DNA from: the human T2T-CHM13v2.0 reference genome, Homo sapiens
Direction: 5' to 3' (one strand)
NCBI RefSeq assembly: GCF_009914755.1
Contig: NC_060942.1
DNA length: 64,000 nt
Positions within the stretch are counted from its first letter, which is position 1. Every line of letters starts with the position of its first letter. A program made the translations under genes and the position numbers. Below, in pieces: positions 58,376 through 64,000 of the stretch. Below the pieces are notes generated by a model. That model did no database searches. It was not told where the DNA came from and saw nothing but the letters and a program-made list of their open reading frames with translations.

Positions 58376-58899
58376 AAAAACTTGTACCCTTGGTGCCCAG
58401 GTCAGTGCTCGGCACTTGAAGACACACAGCACCATGTTTGATCAACAATTAAATTACAAAGAGATTTAAAACATTTTAGACATCCCAGCCATTTGTTTCA
58501 GGCTTTTCTTAGTTTGTCCCATTGTTTTTCATGGAAACTTATCAGAAATTGAAATATTATAATACCAACTGTATCCTTCAGTTCTCCAAAATTCTGATTT
58601 TAGAACCAGAAATAAATGTTAAGTCACAGTTTATAATGAGACAAGTCAGATTTTGGATTAAGGGAAGGTTGATTTGAGGCCCAAATAAATCTTTAGTTGG
58701 GAAATGCCACTGCATAATTGATAACTAGCCTGGATTTCTTTTATTTATTTATGTTCTTAGAAGGTTGTGTTTTACAGGATCATTAATCCTGAAAGGTCCT
58801 TTTTTTTTTCCCCCTCTCAGAAAGAAACATTTAATAGGGACTTACGAATAGAAGTCATGTCTCAGGTAGACCTGAGGCTAATCCTGAACTTTGATTACT

Positions 58900-59220
58900 A
58901 TGCCCACCATTCACTAAATTATGCTCTTCTGGTCTAAGAAAAATGTCATCTGACTGGAGATTCCTCCTCTGACCACATCGTATAAAATAGCTCCCCTCCT
59001 CAGCCTTGCTACCTCCTTTGCTTGAGTTCTATTTCTTCACCGCACTTATGACTCCCTGAAATTGTGTTCCGTGGTAATTGGTAATTGTCTTCTCTCCCAC
59101 GGGAATGTAAGCTCCACGAGGGCAGGGGCTTTATCTGTTTAGTTTACTGCCTCATCCCCAGGATTGAGAACAACACTGGCATAAAACAGGTAAAGGAAAT
59201 AAGTTAAATGGATGATTATG
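58900..59220 (+). mobile_element. L2 3' end
   Basis: gaatgtaagctccacgagggcagggg. Confidence 0.7.
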
Positions 59221-59742
59221 AGCTTTCTAGAGCAATAAGTTGATTTGTTCTTTTTATTAGGCATATTATCCTTTTAGAATCAGTTTCCAAAAACTGGTAA
59301 AGACAAGAACATGAGTGCTGAGTATGAGGCCTGCTTAGTGCATGACACTAGCCCATTCCCCAAGTTAGCCCCTTTCTCCTTTTCGTAAAGTTAAATAGAT
59401 GGGTCTTGGCTGTGCCCCAACCCTTCCCTGCCCCACTCCTCCCCACTCTCCCCAGGCCTCCCTCTCATCTTCTCCTCTCCCCTGTCTCCACTGGCTCCTG
59501 CTTTGCTGCCAGCATGCCAAGGCTAGGTCTAAGCTTTGTTAGAACCTGCTGCTCCCTTAGTTACCACCCTACCTTTCTCCTTTCTCTCACTCCCCAAATC
59601 CTAAATCGTGAGGATAGTGCTGACAACACTCTTTTCTTTCCATCAATTCCTCCCTGAAACTTTTACAATCTGGCTCCTATTCCTAGATATTTCTGGAACC
59701 TCCTTCTTATGTAACTATCCTAAATGGTCTCTGCATCCCATC

Positions 59743-60118
59743 TATATTAGTCTGTTCTTATGCTGCTATAAAGAACTGCCCGAGAATGGGCAATTTATAA
59801 AGGAAAGAAGTTGAATTGACTCACAGTTCCAGAGGGCTTGGGAGGCCTCAGGAAACTTACAATCATAGCAGAAAGGGAAGCAAATACGTCCTTTTCCACG
59901 CGGCAGCAGGAGAGAGAAATGAGTACCTAGTGAAGGGGGAAGCCCCTTATATAACCATCAGCTCTTGCGAGAACTCACTGACTAGTATGAGAACAGGATT
60001 GGGGAAACTGCCCCCATGATTCAATTATCTCCACCTGGTCCCTCCCACAGCACGTGGGGAATTATGGGAACTACAATTCAAGATGAGATTTGGGTGGGGG
60101 CACAGCCAAACCATATCA
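59743..60118 (-). mobile_element. THE1 (MaLR) solo LTR
   Basis: tattagtctgttct...cacagccaaaccatatca; 5-bp TSD CCATC/CTATC. Confidence 0.9.
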
Positions 60119-60789
60119 CTATCTTAACCTTTTGGAACCCATTTGCTAAACAGGCAGCAGAGTAATCAACCTAAAAGGAACACCTGATCATGAGAGTTTC
60201 CTACTTAAAAACTACAGAGGCTTCCCATCTTTTTTAGGATCAAGTTCAAGCCTCTTTCGAATGGCATCCTCAGCTGACATGGCTGGCTCCTGACCGCTCT
60301 GTCCCCCTCATCTCTCAACATTTCTCTGCTGGGCATTGATTGGGTTCTTTGTCTGAATCCATTGTTTCATTCATGCATGCAGCAACTCTTTCTTTACTGT
60401 GATTCCTTTGCTCTGGGTGCCCTCTGTCTAAAATGTCTGAATTTCTTCTCTCATCTCCATCCAGCTTACTCCAGTTGATGGTTTAATACCCTGGTCTTTT
60501 AATTTTTTTGAAATAATGAAGGATCTAGATGTCCCAATGTCATCTGTTGACAACCCATCATTTCTCTACTGATTTTCAGTGTCACCTCCAGCATGTGGTA
60601 GATTCTTACATTTGGGTCTCGTTTGGGGCCTTATATTATTTAATATTCTATTAATATATCCATTCTTGTGTTGTTACTATTTTTATTATTATAAATTTCA
60701 AATGACTTTTAATATCTAATGTGAGGGAAGGCAAGCCTCTCCACCTTTTTCCTGCATAGCTACTAATATCCACCACCCCATCTGTCAAT

Positions 60790-61098
<309 letters not shown>

Positions 61099-62367
61099 AT
61101 GTGAGCCACCGTGCCTAGCTATATCAGTCAGTTTTTTTTTTTCAAATTTTCTTGACTATTTTCAGATGCTTACTTTTCCGAGTGAGTGCTAGAATCTCCT
61201 TTTTCACATTTCTCCTTCTTCAAAACAAAAAAGGGATTTAGATTGAAACTACTATAATTATAAATAATTTTATAAAGTATCATTTTATTGTTATAAAGTC
61301 AGAAAGAGGAAAATGGAGGAGCTAGCAATTGTTCAATAATTTGTGTAGCCCTTACCATTAATTTGTTCTGTGCGTTGGTTTTTGATAAGGTAAAATTGTT
61401 GATAAAATGATGTATTATCAAGAAAATTTGTCCAAGACTTAAAAATTGGCTAAACAGAATGCACGGTAACCTTTCAGTGGAGTTCTGTGCACTGTCCAGA
61501 GAATGTTATCTGATTTTATAGGGATGTGTACCTTTGATTGTCTCCTAATGACTAGGGCAGAATTGAACTTGCAGGAAACTGGTAGTCATGGCAAACAATT
61601 CTTGTCAACAGAAACGCAAATGCTTTTGTTGGGTAGAGATATAATTGATTTCTGCCGTGTAGAAAGATAACCCCAAATGCTACATTTCATTTTCTTACGT
61701 AATATTAATAAGTTTTACAACCATTAGCATATGCATTTCAGCATTCCTAATTGCCTCTCTATATATGACTGTTGTTCAAATTTTCTCTTAAACTGGTTCT
61801 TACATCTTACTGGTTTCTTTCTTGATTAATTGAATACAATCTTTGACATACATACATTTTATATTTGCATGAGGGTCATAATATGAGCTTCTAAAATATT
61901 ATATTGTAATAGTATTGTACCTTAACAAAACTATGTGAGAAATGTGATTAAACCAAATTCCTTTGCCTACACTCTTTAAAGAAATTCTTCTAGAAATGTA
62001 ATATATGCTTATAAAGCAATTCACCGGTACAGAAGCCACCATGCTTAGACTTACATTTCCGAAAGAACATATTGCCTAACCCCTTATTTGAAAACAAGAA
62101 CAATAGACATGCTAAACTTCTCAGACAATTCAATCATAAACAGATAAAATTTATGACAACGTTGCATAAATAGGGAAAGGCCTTTGGGAGGCAAATTGAA
62201 AGATTTATGCTCAGTAGGAGTATTTTATAGAAAAAGAGAATATTTATATAATCCTTGTTAGAGTAAATACAGAAATTTTACAAGTTGGTCAAAAGCAGCT
62301 GACAGTAACACAGGGGGCAGGGAACTAGATTTCCAGAACAAATCTTAGTCCTATTAAACCTCCTCAG

Positions 62368-62757
<390 letters not shown>

Positions 62758-62929
62758 TCAATTTCTTCCCAGGAAGAAGTTCTTTCCAAATCTAGGCTTT
62801 GGGACAATTTTGTTTGCACAGATCTTACATTTTAGTGTAAGCGTGAGGAAGAACATCAACGTTTTGATTTTTCCCTGTCTTTGGTGCCTTTAAATAAATG
62901 TATCAAATTTCAAATATTTTTCAATTTTT

Positions 62930-63081
62930 TTCTTCATTTCTTTTAATTTTTAATTTTTGATATGTAGAGATGGGATCTCGCTATGTTCCCCAGACAGGTC
63001 TTGAACTCCTGGGCTCAAGCGATCTTCCCACCTCGGCCTCCCGAAGTGCTGGGATTACAGGAGCGAGCCACCATGCCCGGC
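62930..63081 (-). mobile_element. FLAM (Alu monomer)
   Basis: Monomeric antisense Alu. Confidence 0.8.
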
Positions 63082-64000
63082 TTTTTTCACTAAACTGGGT
63101 CTTCTGTACTTTTTTCAGAGAGTGAGATGCCCAGGAGAGGGCACTGAGGCTGAAAGTGAGGGCTTAGAGAGGGCAGCGGGAGGATTGGGAAGCCCATGGG
63201 AGGAAGGGGAAAGGGATGTCAATGCTGGAAGTCTTCCCAAGTCCTAAACTCTGAGGCTGTGCTCCTCACGGGAGCCGAGAGGACAAGTCACAACTTATAG
63301 TCGTCATGGTTTTGCAACCTAGGAAGACTTAACCCCCTTCCCATCTTGTTTTGAAGCCCACCTTACACCCCATCAAACATATTAAAATGCAGGCATTCCA
63401 CATCACATAAATAGATTCTTCTTCCCATAAAATATTGGGCATATTTTTATAATTCTGCCTCTGAAAATATTTGGCTATGAGTAACTTTTAATCTTTATAG
63501 CCTTTCTTCATAATCATGTTTACTTGAGGCTTCTTGCAAAGTGAGAAAATCTGACATGTCATTTTTTTATGCAAAAATATTTATGAATATTAAATTTAAT
63601 GACAGATGAGTTTGACATATTTGGTAGAATGTTTAATTAGACATTTATTGATTTCACATCTGTAGCTTTATTTTTAGGTAGGAGCAAATAATTTTTCCCC
63701 CTAGGTCTGTCTCAAGCATGTTTGTAGACAGCATTGTTCAAGCTCATTGGCCCTGGGCCCTGTTTCTATGGTTCCTAATGGATAAAACAGCTTGCTGACA
63801 GTCCCCTGACTTGATGGTTTGGGCTGCTTCCTGGAAATGTCATGAAAAATCTGCCTATCCCTTCATGAGAATTCAGGGCAATGTCTATGCAGGGACAGCG
63901 GGGACAATTGAAAGAGGCAGCTCCCATTCTAACATTTTTGAGCCATGGACTTGTTAGTCTAATGAAGCTCATGGATTCCTCCTCAGAATAATGTTTTAAA

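Noticed and set aside
63000-64000. Possible start of the next gene (MEP1B)
   Set aside because: No signal-peptide exon, astacin motif or promoter recognisable; the gene is expected beyond the window

Overview
Human (primate) genomic DNA. Positions 1-~20 kb hold the 3' part of RNF138 (RING E3 ubiquitin ligase, NARF) on the + strand. There are six coding exons (161-326, 2151-2266, 11924-11980, 13141-13252, 15100-15207, 17527-17595), all with canonical AG/GT sites and consistent phases, followed by a ~2.4 kb AU-rich 3'UTR with several poly(A) signals. The remaining ~44 kb is repeat-dense intergenic DNA: many Alus, a solo LTR12C/ERV9, two THE1 LTRs, ERVL LTRs, an old L1M that retains its 5' end but is internally deleted, a young 5'-truncated L1PA, L2/MIR fossils and nested DNA transposons. 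No new protein-coding system is supported; almost all listed ORFs are Alu/L1/LTR artefacts. The most interesting signals are: (i) a 282-nt exon-pair circle that would carry a stop-free, in-frame rolling-circle ORF; (ii) a complete antisense terminal exon (branch point, pyrimidine tract, AG, AATAAA) inside an RNF138 intron; (iii) two local inverted/templated duplications with template-switch signatures; (iv) a perfect 48-bp tandem duplication in the 3'UTR; (v) a strong CTCF motif and an intact LTR12C promoter. Exon numbers follow my recollection of the RNF138 model. Repeat subfamily names come from recognition of consensus motifs, not a RepeatMasker run, and repeat boundaries are approximate.
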